Origin: Bacillota bacterium
GTDB lineage: Bacteria > Bacillota > Sulfobacillia > Fermentithermobacillales > Fermentithermobacillaceae
Direction: 5' to 3'
NCBI GenBank assembly: GCA_040766745.1
Contig: JAXGPX010000008.1
Span: 11,813 to 75,812, forward strand
Length of the DNA stretch: 64,000 bases
The position numbers and the translations under genes are program-made. Every line of letters begins with the position of its first letter. The first letter of the stretch is position 1. Under the pieces are notes generated by a model, which did not search any database, was not told the DNA's origin, and saw only the letters and a program-made list of their open reading frames with translations. Shown piece after piece: positions 1-9,311 of this stretch.

Positions 1-358
1 AACGTCTTCTCCTCTTATCATGGTGACATTTTCTCAGCTCCCTCACAGAGGTGGCAATACCATCGTCAGGTGACACAAAATGTCATTATTGTTGACTTCT
101 CGACAAAACAGTAGATATAATGTACCAGGCATTGGAAGTCGTCTGCGTCAGGCTAGAAATATTCCAAACAACGGGGCACTACACCGCTACTGGTTTTGAT
201 GATGTTTGTCACCGGCGCTCTCAGTCTGTTCCTATGTCACAAACGTTTTAGTCAGTTCCTGATGTTTTGGTTTGTGTGGCTTTGGAAGCAGTCAACGGAT
301 TGACTTTGTTTTTCCCGGAATGTTTTTGCATCGTCGCAGGTATGCCTGGTTTTCAGCC

Positions 359-423
359 TAGGCGTTCAGGCGGTCAATGTGGGTATTCAATGCGAGTGTT
401 CAATGTAGGCTTTCAGTGCCGGA
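359..423 (+). promoter_or_regulatory. Tandem 13-bp direct repeats (3 full copies of GTYTTCAATGYRNG-like units plus 2 flanking partial copies) directly upstream of the pilB ribosome-binding site; candidate regulator binding sites
   Basis: tcaatg recurs at 374, 387 and 400 with a 13-bp period, flanked by partial copies (gttcagg, tttcagtg). It ends at the GGAGGTG Shine-Dalgarno 6 nt before the TTG start at 434. Confidence 0.4.
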
Positions 424-433
424 GGTGTAGCTC

Positions 434-2149
434 TTGAGTGAGCTGGGTCAAAGAATCGGGAATATCCTTGCCGATGAAGGGTTTATCAGTGAGGATGTAT
501 TAGATAAGGCAGTTGAAATACAGAATCAGTCAGGTGGCCGCCTGGGGGAAATCCTAATCGGCATGGGAGCCATATCCACCCGGCAGTTTTACCAGAGTCT
601 GGCCAAGCAACTTCACGTCTCATACTGCGATCTCAATGCGACAGTACCTGATCAGGATGCGCTCAAGTTATTTACGTCTAGTGACGCTAAGGCTTTTCGT
701 GCTATCCCACTCCGTCTCAGAGGCTCTACGTTGGACATTGCTATTGAAAATCCAACTGACCTTAATCGACTGGAAGCTATACGTGCCAGAACAGGATACC
801 GGGTGTTTCCGCATCTGGCGGCTCCTGAACATGTCGACAATGCCTTAAGAAGGTTCTACGAAATACCGGACCCAAAATTCCACTGGCAACATGATGCGGC
901 CCAACAAGAACAGGCATTGTCAGATTCCGGTGTTTACCAGGCTGAAACGGCAAGAACCCGCTTTGTGGAAGACTCACCTGCTGTTCAAACCATAGACAGT
1001 CTCCTTTCAGAGGCAGCTCGCCGTGGTGCTTCTGACATTCACTTTGAGCCTTTTCCCGACAGAACCAGAGTACGGTTCAGAATTGATGGCATCCTGGAAG
1101 GGGCAGGTGATTCCTCCAGGGGATATCATGAAGCATTGATTACTCGTTTGAAGGTTTTGGGTGGTATGGATGTAGCAGAGAAGAGGTTGCCTCAAGATGG
1201 CCGGTTTTCCACGATTATAGACGGTAAGCGGTATGATTTGCGCCTTTCAACTCTGCCTACAGTCTTCGGTGAGAAAATGGTTGTACGTTTGCTTGAGCAG
1301 ACCGTTGAAAACCTGAGTTTCGACAGGCTGGGTATATCTCCCGAGGTGATGTCTAATTTCAAAAAGGCCCTTGCTTTGCCCCATGGAATGATAGTGGTTA
1401 CGGGGCCTACAGGCAGCGGCAAGTCCACTACCCTTGCAACTGCCCTGAATATGGTTAATGTGTCTGGCAAGAACCTGGTTACCGTTGAAGACCCAGTGGA
1501 ATACGTCATTCCAGGAGTTAACCAGATGCAGGTGAACACCAAAGCAGGCCTGAGTTTTGCCACTGCTATAAGGCACATATTGCGTCAGGACCCGGACGTT
1601 ATTATGGTAGGCGAAATCCGGGATGTTGAGACGGCTGAAATGGCCTTTCGCGCGGCTCTTACCGGCCACCTGGTTCTGGCTACGCTGCATGCCAACGATG
1701 CCCTATCAGCCCTGATACGGCTTGAGGAAATGGGTTTGAATAAGTATATGGCGCTTACTTCTACTGTAGCTTTGTACAGCCAGCGGCTTGTCCGCACTAT
1801 ATGCCCATGGTGCAAATATAAGGAGCCTGCTTCTGAGCCGGTGGTTCAGGAAGTAGCAGCTGCAGCCGGCCTAGAGTACTATGAGGGCACTTCAGTTATG
1901 GCAACTACCCGTCCGTGCGCAGGGTGTACCGACCGGGCATATAAACGGCGTTCTGCCATATCAGAGATTATCCTGGTCGACGAGAAATTTCGCAAGAGGT
2001 ATGTAGAATCAGCCGATCCGAGATCTGACCCTGAGCTTAATCCTGCCAGGCGCCACCAGGGCCTTTTGGCAGATGGAGCAAAAAAGGTGCTTGCAGGTGT
2101 GACTACCTGGGAGGAAGTGCTCGGTGTTTTCAGTACAGGCGAGAATTAG
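434..2149 (+). CDS. pilB: Type IV pilus assembly ATPase (PilB/GspE family)
   Basis: N-terminal GspE_N-like region; Walker A GPTGSGKSTT; Asp box GEIRD; His box LATLHAND; C-terminal tetracysteine CPWC...CAGC. TTG start with GGAGGTG Shine-Dalgarno. Confidence 0.85.
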   Translation: MSELGQRIGNILADEGFISEDVLDKAVEIQNQSGGRLGEILIGMGAISTRQFYQSLAKQLHVSYCDLNATVPDQDALKLFTSSDAKAFRAIPLRLRGSTLDIAIENPTDLNRLEAIRARTGYRVFPHLAAPEHVDNALRRFYEIPDPKFHWQHDAAQQEQALSDSGVYQAETARTRFVEDSPAVQTIDSLLSEAARRGASDIHFEPFPDRTRVRFRIDGILEGAGDSSRGYHEALITRLKVLGGMDVAEKRLPQDGRFSTIIDGKRYDLRLSTLPTVFGEKMVVRLLEQTVENLSFDRLGISPEVMSNFKKALALPHGMIVVTGPTGSGKSTTLATALNMVNVSGKNLVTVEDPVEYVIPGVNQMQVNTKAGLSFATAIRHILRQDPDVIMVGEIRDVETAEMAFRAALTGHLVLATLHANDALSALIRLEEMGLNKYMALTSTVALYSQRLVRTICPWCKYKEPASEPVVQEVAAAAGLEYYEGTSVMATTRPCAGCTDRAYKRRSAISEIILVDEKFRKRYVESADPRSDPELNPARRHQGLLADGAKKVLAGVTTWEEVLGVFSTGEN

Positions 2150-2243
2150 CGCTTCACCGCATTACCCGGTATTATGCGGCAATGTAATGTAAGTTAACGG
2201 CAGGCAGTTTGGGGGCCAAAGGCCACTTGAGGGGGGAAACTGC

Positions 2244-3446
2244 TTGGCTCTTTATGAGTATTGTGCTATCCACAGCAAAACGGGGAAAAGGATATTAGAA
2301 AAGGCAGAGATAGGCGACCTGACCCTGTTCTTGCGTGAGATGCACAGTCAAGGATACATAGTTACGTCTGTGAAGACGGCCGGTTCTTTTTGGAAGCGGC
2401 TGAGTTTTTTGTACCCAAAAAGGGCTATCAGTAAATCTGATAAGGGCATGGCAATGCTGGAACTCTCTGCGTTTCTCAAAGCAGGTATACCTCTTAAGCA
2501 ATCACTTGAGCAGATGGCACAAGAAAGTCCCCAGGCTGTTTCAAAGGTTCTTAGGGCTGCGGCACTAAACCTTGAACAAGGCGTGTCTTTCCACGAAGCC
2601 ATATCGGCCCGGGAAAACTTCTTCGATGAATGGGAGATACAGGCTATTAAGGCTGCTGAAGTATCGGGAAGTTTGGCAGAATCCCTGGAGTACATTGGTG
2701 ACCAGACTCTAAAGTCCTATGATTTTGACAAGAAAGTTAGTTCTGCCACAGTTTATCCTATTATGGTATCGGCCGTTACTGTGCTCTTGGCATTTATCCT
2801 TGTTGTGTTTGTTATTCCTGCTTTTGCAGGCATGCTTGGTGAGGAGAATCTATCTGGGGCCACCAAGGCCCTGGTGGCAATATCCGGTTTCGTACGGAAC
2901 TATTGGTCTGCTCTTTTAGGTTTCATGCTAGGGGGGTGGCTTTTCCTAAAGCATCTTGTGGCAGAAAGAGGGAACGGCATCTTTGAACAATTGGCCCTGC
3001 TTATACCCGGTTGGCGGAAAGTTCGCGAAAACGCTTGCCTGGTGAGGTTTGGAAAGATTTTTGCCACCTTACTTGAAAGCGGTGTGAGAGTACTCCCGGC
3101 TTTGGAGTATGCAGGGCAGGCAACAGGCTCTTCACTTTTCAGTGAAAGAACAACTTATATCCGAAAGGAGGTTGAGAAAGGGGCCAGGATTGGAGACTCA
3201 ATGCGGAAATCAGGGGCATTTCCGATTTTGTTCTGTGAACTTACTGCTGCTGGCGAAGCCAGCGGAACCCTTCCTGAGATGGCCATGAAGGCAGCCAGAT
3301 TTTACGAAGGGGAAGTCAATAGGAGGCTTGACCTCCTGTCTTCCATGGTGGAACCGGTGCTTGTTCTAATAGTCGGGATAGCAGTGGGTTTTCTAGGCTA
3401 CACCGTCATGGGCCCAATTCTGCGCTCACTTGAGTTGCTAATGTAG
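2244..3446 (+). CDS. pilC: Type IV pilus inner-membrane platform protein (PilC/GspF family)
   Basis: About 400 aa with two GspF-like repeats and three transmembrane segments; sits immediately downstream of the ATPase. Confidence 0.8.
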   Translation: MALYEYCAIHSKTGKRILEKAEIGDLTLFLREMHSQGYIVTSVKTAGSFWKRLSFLYPKRAISKSDKGMAMLELSAFLKAGIPLKQSLEQMAQESPQAVSKVLRAAALNLEQGVSFHEAISARENFFDEWEIQAIKAAEVSGSLAESLEYIGDQTLKSYDFDKKVSSATVYPIMVSAVTVLLAFILVVFVIPAFAGMLGEENLSGATKALVAISGFVRNYWSALLGFMLGGWLFLKHLVAERGNGIFEQLALLIPGWRKVRENACLVRFGKIFATLLESGVRVLPALEYAGQATGSSLFSERTTYIRKEVEKGARIGDSMRKSGAFPILFCELTAAGEASGTLPEMAMKAARFYEGEVNRRLDLLSSMVEPVLVLIVGIAVGFLGYTVMGPILRSLELLM

Positions 3447-3471
3447 CTACATAGGAATTTAGCCGGAAGTT

Positions 3472-3486
3472 TGGCATTGTGATTGT
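3472..3486 (+). promoter_or_regulatory. Candidate sigma-54 (-24/-12) promoter upstream of the major pilin gene
   Basis: TGGCAT-N5-TTGT with correct GG-N10-G(C/T) spacing, about 75 nt upstream of the pilin start codon. The -12 element is TTGT rather than TTGC, so the match is weak. A sigma-54 activator is encoded at 30341-32356. Confidence 0.25.
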
Positions 3487-3556
3487 TTGGTATACAATTG
3501 ATTCTGTATGAGAGTTATACAGATTAGAGAAACACAAGCATTTCGGGGGGAGAGTA

Positions 3557-3946
3557 ATGAAGAAGCGGAGCGAAAGAATTCTTAGATCTGAGCGTGGTTT
3601 CACGCTGATAGAGTTGGGTGTAGTCCTGGCCATAATAGCCATCCTGACTGTCATAGCATACCCTACCTACAACAACATCAAGAAAAGAGCGTACATAGCA
3701 GAGGCAAAGGCCATTATGCAGGAGATCAGGGTGGAGGTTTGGGCTGAGTATTTGGAGAAGGGAAATTGGCCAACAGAGTTTCCAGGCACAACTAATGGGG
3801 AGTATTGGCAATTCGCAGGAGAAACAAAAGGTTCAGGCGAGAATGCTACATATACTGTTACTGCCACACCCAACACAGGGAACCCTGCAGGAACACAGAC
3901 TCTGACGTTTGATACCAGCGGAAAGATAGTCCAGCCAACTAAATAG
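3557..3946 (+). CDS. pilA: Type IV pilin (probable major pilin) with prepilin N-terminal cleavage/methylation motif
   Basis: Leader MKKRSERILRSERG followed by the FTLIELGVVLAIIAIL class III signal motif (G|FTLIE). 129 aa. Strong GGGGGGAG Shine-Dalgarno. Confidence 0.75.
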   Translation: MKKRSERILRSERGFTLIELGVVLAIIAILTVIAYPTYNNIKKRAYIAEAKAIMQEIRVEVWAEYLEKGNWPTEFPGTTNGEYWQFAGETKGSGENATYTVTATPNTGNPAGTQTLTFDTSGKIVQPTK

Positions 3947-4001
3947 TGATAGGAATGCCAGTCCCAAACTGCGAAGCTCAAGCGCATTTGAATGCAGAGC
4001 A

Positions 4002-4391
4002 ATGAATAATCAACGCGGTTCAATAATGCTGGAAACAGTAATATGCTTCGCCCTGGTATGCTTTCTGTTCATGGCGGCTACAGGTCATTTGGTGTTTATG
4101 ACCCGGGTGTCACGGCAGGAAGATGCCAGGGTTCAGGGGTTCATGGCTGCCAGGGTCAAGGTGGAAGAACTAAGATCAGGTTGGCCAAATGAAGTATTTG
4201 CAGGAGGGCCTTATCCCTACGAAGACACCTTTTATCTCGCAGATTGTTTTGAGGATTTCAACATGCTGGGCAGTGGGCGATTCAGGATCGAGAGGGAAGA
4301 AGATGGCCTGTACAAGGTAGTGATATGGATTTATGACAAGAAGGGCTCGGAAGTGTATTCGACACAAACCACGGTGTGGCTGCAACCTTGA
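4002..4391 (+). CDS. Divergent prepilin-like (minor pilin/pseudopilin) protein
   Basis: N-terminus RG|SIMLETVICFALVCFLF has Glu at +5 after a Gly and a hydrophobic helix. Position within the pilin gene block. Confidence 0.45.
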   Translation: MNNQRGSIMLETVICFALVCFLFMAATGHLVFMTRVSRQEDARVQGFMAARVKVEELRSGWPNEVFAGGPYPYEDTFYLADCFEDFNMLGSGRFRIEREEDGLYKVVIWIYDKKGSEVYSTQTTVWLQP

Positions 4392-4398
4392 GCAACCT

Positions 4399-4992
4399 GT
4401 GTCACATACCAACAGTGCACGGCCTGCAAGGCCAGTTGCCAACCAATCCGGTTTTACGCTGGTAGAATTGGTTGTTGCGCTTACCGTTGGTGTCTTGCTG
4501 CTAACCGCTGCAGTGAGTTTCGTGTCGAGGACAGCCAGAATATTGCACCGGCTGAGGATTGAACGAGAGATCAGAGATTCGGGCCTTCTTGCAGTAGAGG
4601 CAATTGAAAAAGGGTTCCGGAGTGCCCTTGAGTATGGTGGGAAAGTCCTGGACATATCGGATAGCCGCGTGGTTGCCGGTGGGCCTGAGTACACAGTGAG
4701 TCTTGAAGCCAAAGGTGATGTGCTGGAACTCAAAGTATTGGAATCGGAAGCGCCGGGATCGGGAGATTCAGACGGAACACAGAGCTCCACAACATGTTGG
4801 CCTGGGGGAGATCTGAAATGCAGAAGTCTGCGTGTAAGGTCTCTAGTGGACGATTGCTATGTTGACGGCTCGGCCCCAGGAGCCTCTAACGGGCGAGTCA
4901 TTGTCATCCAGTTCGAACTGGGAGAGGACGTATATGGGATATCAAGGCCTTTCAAAGCGGCCTTTGCAGCACGCAAGAGCACAGATGACTAG
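4399..4992 (+). CDS. Minor pilin with prepilin N-terminal motif (G|FTLVEL)
   Basis: QSGFTLVELVVALTVGVLLLTAAVSF motif. GTG at 4399 gives a 17-aa leader. The ATG at 4333 in the ORF track would overlap the upstream gene by 59 nt, so I prefer the GTG start. Confidence 0.6.
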   Translation: MSHTNSARPARPVANQSGFTLVELVVALTVGVLLLTAAVSFVSRTARILHRLRIEREIRDSGLLAVEAIEKGFRSALEYGGKVLDISDSRVVAGGPEYTVSLEAKGDVLELKVLESEAPGSGDSDGTQSSTTCWPGGDLKCRSLRVRSLVDDCYVDGSAPGASNGRVIVIQFELGEDVYGISRPFKAAFAARKSTDD

Positions 4993-6274
4993 AGAGAGTG
5001 CAAGAACACAGAACTGCCGGAGTCTCCTGGGAACGCTGCGCTGCCCGGGGGATATTGGAGAGAGCGGCTCAGCTCTTGTTTATGCGGTAGTTCTGTTTGG
5101 ACTTCTTGCCATAATCCTGACCGGTGCAATCTCACAGGAAGGCAGCGCTCAGGTGCTCAACATACAGACCGGCCAGAGGCGAAAGGCTTTGGATCTAGCC
5201 AGGGGGGCCATTGACGAAATGCTGAAGGCACTTTATGAAAACGGGTTTGACCTTACAAAGTGTCCAGAGTTTTCCTATGTTTCCGGCGTCTCTGAGATTA
5301 CTCGCGAGAATCCCACAGAGAAATGGACTGCAACAGCAACAGCCTACAAGGACCTGGGTGACTGCATTTGGGTAGTAGGAGAAGCCAGGGTAGTGGAAGT
5401 TTCTGCAACAGTCAAGGTAAAGTTGGAACCTTGCTCCCTTTCTGATCTTTTCCCGGACAGCGTATTGGTTGCAGGCAGTGGGTTAAGTTTTGACCTGGAC
5501 AAGAAGTCTGAGGGTGCGAACATTTTTGGCAATGTTCATGTTGGCGGTGAATGGCCCGCAACCGAAATTCCCGGCGAAGTTATCATATACGGTGATGTAA
5601 ATGAAGGCCATCGAATCTCAGTTCCGGCCCCTGATGAAGTTACAGGGCCGGTCCAGGCAGTTATTGATGAAAAGGAGAACGCTGGCTCCTGGTGGGATCT
5701 TGGCCAGGAACAGCATGTTACCATTGAGCACGATACTAAGGCCAAGAACCTGTCTATTTCAGGGAACGGGAGTTTGGTTGTTGAGCAAGGGGCATGGCTG
5801 TATGTAGAAGGCAGTTTTTCCGCCAATGGTAACCCTGACATAACAATAGACGGTGTCTTGGCAGTTGGTGGGCATATAAACCTTGGTGCCAGTGGGGACG
5901 TTCCCATTTCAGGCAATGGGACTATCGTATGCCTTGGAGATAACTGGAAGTCAAAGATTACGCTCGGGCAAGGAAACTGGGGTGGCATTTCGATTATCTG
6001 TGCCGGTGAGCTGGAGCTAAGTTTTGTGGGGACTCCTGAGGTGGACCCTCCTGCGTTGTTTGTATACGCCAGAAAACTTGATGTGAATTTCGAAACATCC
6101 CAGTTGTTTGAGTTAGATCCTTGCTGCCTGATTTCGCCAGAGAGTTTAACTGCGAAGTTCAAAGATGCCGGACTGGTCCAACTTCATGCAGGCGAGTTAC
6201 AGTGGGATGCAGACATGCCTATTCATGGCGGCTTGTATCGAATTACAGGTTGGACAGAAGGTAAGGGGCATTGA
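4985..6274 (+). CDS. Large pilus-associated protein with PilX-N-like hydrophobic N-terminus and beta-helix-like C-terminal domain
   Basis: ERSGSALVYAVVLFGLLAIILTGAIS resembles the PilX N-terminal domain. The C-terminal 300 aa are Gly/Asn/Val-rich repeats typical of beta-helices. The ATG at 4985 overlaps the upstream stop (ATGACTAG). Confidence 0.5.
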   Translation: MTRESARTQNCRSLLGTLRCPGDIGESGSALVYAVVLFGLLAIILTGAISQEGSAQVLNIQTGQRRKALDLARGAIDEMLKALYENGFDLTKCPEFSYVSGVSEITRENPTEKWTATATAYKDLGDCIWVVGEARVVEVSATVKVKLEPCSLSDLFPDSVLVAGSGLSFDLDKKSEGANIFGNVHVGGEWPATEIPGEVIIYGDVNEGHRISVPAPDEVTGPVQAVIDEKENAGSWWDLGQEQHVTIEHDTKAKNLSISGNGSLVVEQGAWLYVEGSFSANGNPDITIDGVLAVGGHINLGASGDVPISGNGTIVCLGDNWKSKITLGQGNWGGISIICAGELELSFVGTPEVDPPALFVYARKLDVNFETSQLFELDPCCLISPESLTAKFKDAGLVQLHAGELQWDADMPIHGGLYRITGWTEGKGH

Positions 6275-6384
6275 AGAGGGCTGGATCGGACCGTGAAGAG
6301 GTCCGAAGAAACCAGGTTGTGTTGCGAGGTATTGAAGCAAGCTGCATTGGACCCGGGGGAGTAGAAAAACGGAGGTAAAGCGAT

Positions 6385-7329
6385 ATGGCAGTTTCAAATA
6401 GAGGGTTGCGCCTGGGTTTGGATCTTTCAAACCCGGTGAGGGCAGTGCTTTTCTCTGAGGAATCCGGTGAGATTGCTGCATTCATGACGGCACAGACTGG
6501 CTTTGACCAGGGTTCAAAGGTGAAACTGACTTCCCTTGCCCGAGAGATTAGGGATTTTTGCAGGCCCTTCAAGGTTCGTCCAGATGGCGTCGCCTCGCTG
6601 CCAATCGAGAACTGTCATCTGTTCACTGTATCCATCCCCCTTCTGGACAAAAAGGAGTTCCGGCAAGCCATACACCTCCAGGTGGAACGGGTTGTCCCAG
6701 GAGGCTCGAACAACATGAGAATGGCTGTACAGGAATGGCCTGCCAAATTGCCGCCTCTTCCCTCAACCGGTGCCGTGCATGACAGCAAAACCTATGTCGT
6801 GGCAGCCGCCGAGTCAGATTCAGTCCGGGCAGCAGAATCTTTGATGAAAATGGCAGGGATCCGGCCTGTGGCTGTTGAGATTCCTGCAAGCCCTGCATGC
6901 CGCACAAGTTGGCGGATCTTGACTGAGATGCTAGATGAGATTAATGAACCTGGCGTGCCCACGGCCCGGTTCAACATAGCATTGGTTGTGGGCCCTGGCG
7001 AGGCTCAGTTGCATCTGGCTTTCCATAGCTGCCCATGGCTCATGCGGGAGATTCCCCTGGATCCTGACAATCCATTTGTCAACGCTCAGATCATTGCCGG
7101 CGAGGTTTCACGGTCGGCGCGATTTGTCACAAATTCACTGGACGGCGAGTTTTCCGGGGGCATTACTCTCATGGGCGCATCAGAGAAAATTGACTTCATT
7201 GCCGATTACCTTGGTGAAGAAGTAGGTATCAGGACCCAGGTTTTTGGTCCGTCCTTCTCCAAATGCGGTTCTGAGTACGGTGTTGCTGCAGGTTCAGCTT
7301 TTCCAAAGGAAGGTGGGGAGTTGCTATGA
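6385..7329 (+). CDS. pilM: PilM-like pilus assembly protein (actin-like fold)
   Basis: N-terminal GLRLGLDLS..VRAVLF resembles the PilM GLDIGS..IK motif; TVSIPLLDKKEFRQAIHLQVERVVP resembles the PilM core; followed by PilN/PilO-like genes. Confidence 0.5.
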   Translation: MAVSNRGLRLGLDLSNPVRAVLFSEESGEIAAFMTAQTGFDQGSKVKLTSLAREIRDFCRPFKVRPDGVASLPIENCHLFTVSIPLLDKKEFRQAIHLQVERVVPGGSNNMRMAVQEWPAKLPPLPSTGAVHDSKTYVVAAAESDSVRAAESLMKMAGIRPVAVEIPASPACRTSWRILTEMLDEINEPGVPTARFNIALVVGPGEAQLHLAFHSCPWLMREIPLDPDNPFVNAQIIAGEVSRSARFVTNSLDGEFSGGITLMGASEKIDFIADYLGEEVGIRTQVFGPSFSKCGSEYGVAAGSAFPKEGGELL

Positions 7330-7913
7330 CATGTCCGGTGGCTCCAAGGGAAGAAGATAAGATTCGCGAAGCCTCCTCCTGCCAAGCAGACTTGAACCTT
7401 CTGCGGCCCGATATTCTCGGTTTGCTTGAGGAACGTGAGCGTAAGGCCTTTTTGATTCGCCTAGTTTTCATCGGTGCCGCATTAGTTATCTGGGTGATGG
7501 TTGCTCTAAGGGCATGGGAAATCGGAGTGATTATTTCCGAGAGACGATGTGATGAATTGGAGATGGAACGTGTTTCTCAAGAGATTGAGAAGGTCACTGC
7601 ACAACTTAGCGTTGTGTCCCCGGGTGTTCGAGAGGCCCGTGAGGAGATAGCAAACCAGGTAAATTGGGCAAACCGGTTGAGTAAAATTCGCAGTTTGGTG
7701 CCAGAGGGCTGCATTCTTGGAACCTTCAACGTACGAAAGGACGCTACTGTCCAGTTATCAGGGTTGGCCCAGGAGCCTTCATGTTACGCCCAGGTGCTAG
7801 ACGCAGTGGGCAATGCCGAGTTCGTCACCGGCGTCAAATCAGCTTCTTTGATCTCGTCAAAGCAGGGAGGTTACGAATTCCTGATTGTTATCGCTACACG
7901 ACCAACAGACTGA
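7326..7913 (+). CDS. pilN: PilN-like pilus assembly protein
   Basis: DLNLLRP motif (PilN INLLP signature) followed by a single transmembrane helix and a coiled coil. Start overlaps the stop of the upstream gene (ATGA). Confidence 0.55.
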   Translation: MTCPVAPREEDKIREASSCQADLNLLRPDILGLLEERERKAFLIRLVFIGAALVIWVMVALRAWEIGVIISERRCDELEMERVSQEIEKVTAQLSVVSPGVREAREEIANQVNWANRLSKIRSLVPEGCILGTFNVRKDATVQLSGLAQEPSCYAQVLDAVGNAEFVTGVKSASLISSKQGGYEFLIVIATRPTD

Positions 7914-7944
7914 AACGTAAGTACCTGCCGTACGACTTAAGTGA

Positions 7945-8535
7945 ATGGATGTTATGGTGAAGGGGTTAGGTATGAAAAGAATGTCCCGTGAAAGAAAAAT
8001 TGTCGTTTTGACTGCTACACCTGTAATTGTGGCCCTTATTGGCACCGGGGTTCTAGTGTATTCTACACGCCTAAGAAATCAAGAAATGGCTATCAATGAA
8101 GAACTCTCGCTTGAAGTTGCTGCTCTTAGAGGCAGCTTGAGCCGCCTGGAAAAATCTCTGACCAATCTCGAGGCACTTCCCCCACTTGCCGGCCCCGGCT
8201 CAGAGAAATATCTGATTGCACTGATTAACAGTTCCGCAGATAGGGCTGGAGTAAAGGTTGTGTCTCTTGTCTACTCTGTGCAGGCCGGTGAAACAGACCC
8301 TGCCCTAGGGGTTATTGATTTCAGCCTTGAGGTTGAAGGCGGGGAAGAGCCCCAGGCCCGCTGCCTTGCCATACTTCAAGAGTCTGTAACCGGAATTAAA
8401 CTTGGGACTATTGACGGCCTGATTGGAGGCGAAGGCTCCTCGCTCTTTGGCCGTTTGCAGAGAACACGGTTGTATAGTGATAAGATGAAAATCACAGGCC
8501 GGGTGTTCTTTGAGTCCGGAGATTCCTCTAGGTAG
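7945..8535 (+). CDS. pilO: PilO-like bitopic pilus assembly protein
   Basis: N-terminal transmembrane helix then a coiled-coil region; position between the PilN-like gene and the prepilin peptidase. The alternative start at 7972 has the better Shine-Dalgarno. Confidence 0.4.
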   Translation: MDVMVKGLGMKRMSRERKIVVLTATPVIVALIGTGVLVYSTRLRNQEMAINEELSLEVAALRGSLSRLEKSLTNLEALPPLAGPGSEKYLIALINSSADRAGVKVVSLVYSVQAGETDPALGVIDFSLEVEGGEEPQARCLAILQESVTGIKLGTIDGLIGGEGSSLFGRLQRTRLYSDKMKITGRVFFESGDSSR

Positions 8536-9303
8536 GTGAGTATGGCAAGTATGGATGTTTTGGTCTTTTTAACCGGGTTGTGCCTTGGGAGTTTCGGAGG
8601 TATGCTGGCTGCTAGGCTTCCTGCCGGGGAACCTCCTACCGGCAGATCTCGCTGCCCTGAATGCCGTCATACCCTTGGGCTTTCGGAACTCATACCTGTA
8701 ATTAGTTATGTGCTGCAAAGAGGTAAGTGCAGACATTGCGGCTGTAGAATAAGTCCTGGGTACTTGACTGTGGAACTGTCAACAGCCGTGAGTTTTCTTC
8801 TCATTTACAGGTGCTTTGGCCTGGGCCTAGCTGGTATCTTACATATTGCAGTGGCCTTCCACCTATGTGTTCTAGCCGGGACCGATATGATGTATGGCCT
8901 GCTTCCAAACAAGATTCTGCTCTCAATGTCAGCGTTTGTCCTCATTCTCAGGTTGCTTGGCCATGTACCGGTAGTGGGGCTTGCGCCTGTATCCCCCTGG
9001 TCAGCCCGAGCGTGGGCCAGCCTAGCCAATGGATTCTGGGGCGCATGCATTGGATTTGGCCTTCTCTATGTGGTGGCTCTTGTAAAACCCGGGGCGATGG
9101 GTGGCGGTGACGTGAAAATGGCCGGGGTAATCGGGTTCTATCTGGGGTTATACAAGATCTTACCGGGGCTGGGACTTGGGTTTTTCTTGTCTTCTTTGTA
9201 CTGCGTTCCTATGCTGATTTTTGGACGGCTCAAGAAAACCGATACCATTCCCCTTGGAATTTTCCTTTCATTTTCCACGATTCTTATTGCAGTTCTTACC
9301 TGA
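8536..9303 (+). CDS. pilD: Prepilin peptidase (A24 family, PilD)
   Basis: N-terminal CPECRH...CRHCGC zinc-binding DiS-P-DiS domain; catalytic GGGDVKM motif; polytopic membrane protein. Confidence 0.8.
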   Translation: MSMASMDVLVFLTGLCLGSFGGMLAARLPAGEPPTGRSRCPECRHTLGLSELIPVISYVLQRGKCRHCGCRISPGYLTVELSTAVSFLLIYRCFGLGLAGILHIAVAFHLCVLAGTDMMYGLLPNKILLSMSAFVLILRLLGHVPVVGLAPVSPWSARAWASLANGFWGACIGFGLLYVVALVKPGAMGGGDVKMAGVIGFYLGLYKILPGLGLGFFLSSLYCVPMLIFGRLKKTDTIPLGIFLSFSTILIAVLT

Positions 9304-9311
9304 GCAATAGC

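Noticed and set aside
636-1815. Multiple small ORFs on both strands inside pilB (636-848, 652-840, 777-977, 1007-1195, 1192-1578, 1247-1690, 1585-1815)
   Set aside because: They are fully embedded in a well-supported 571-aa ATPase gene with clear motifs. These are typical shadow ORFs.
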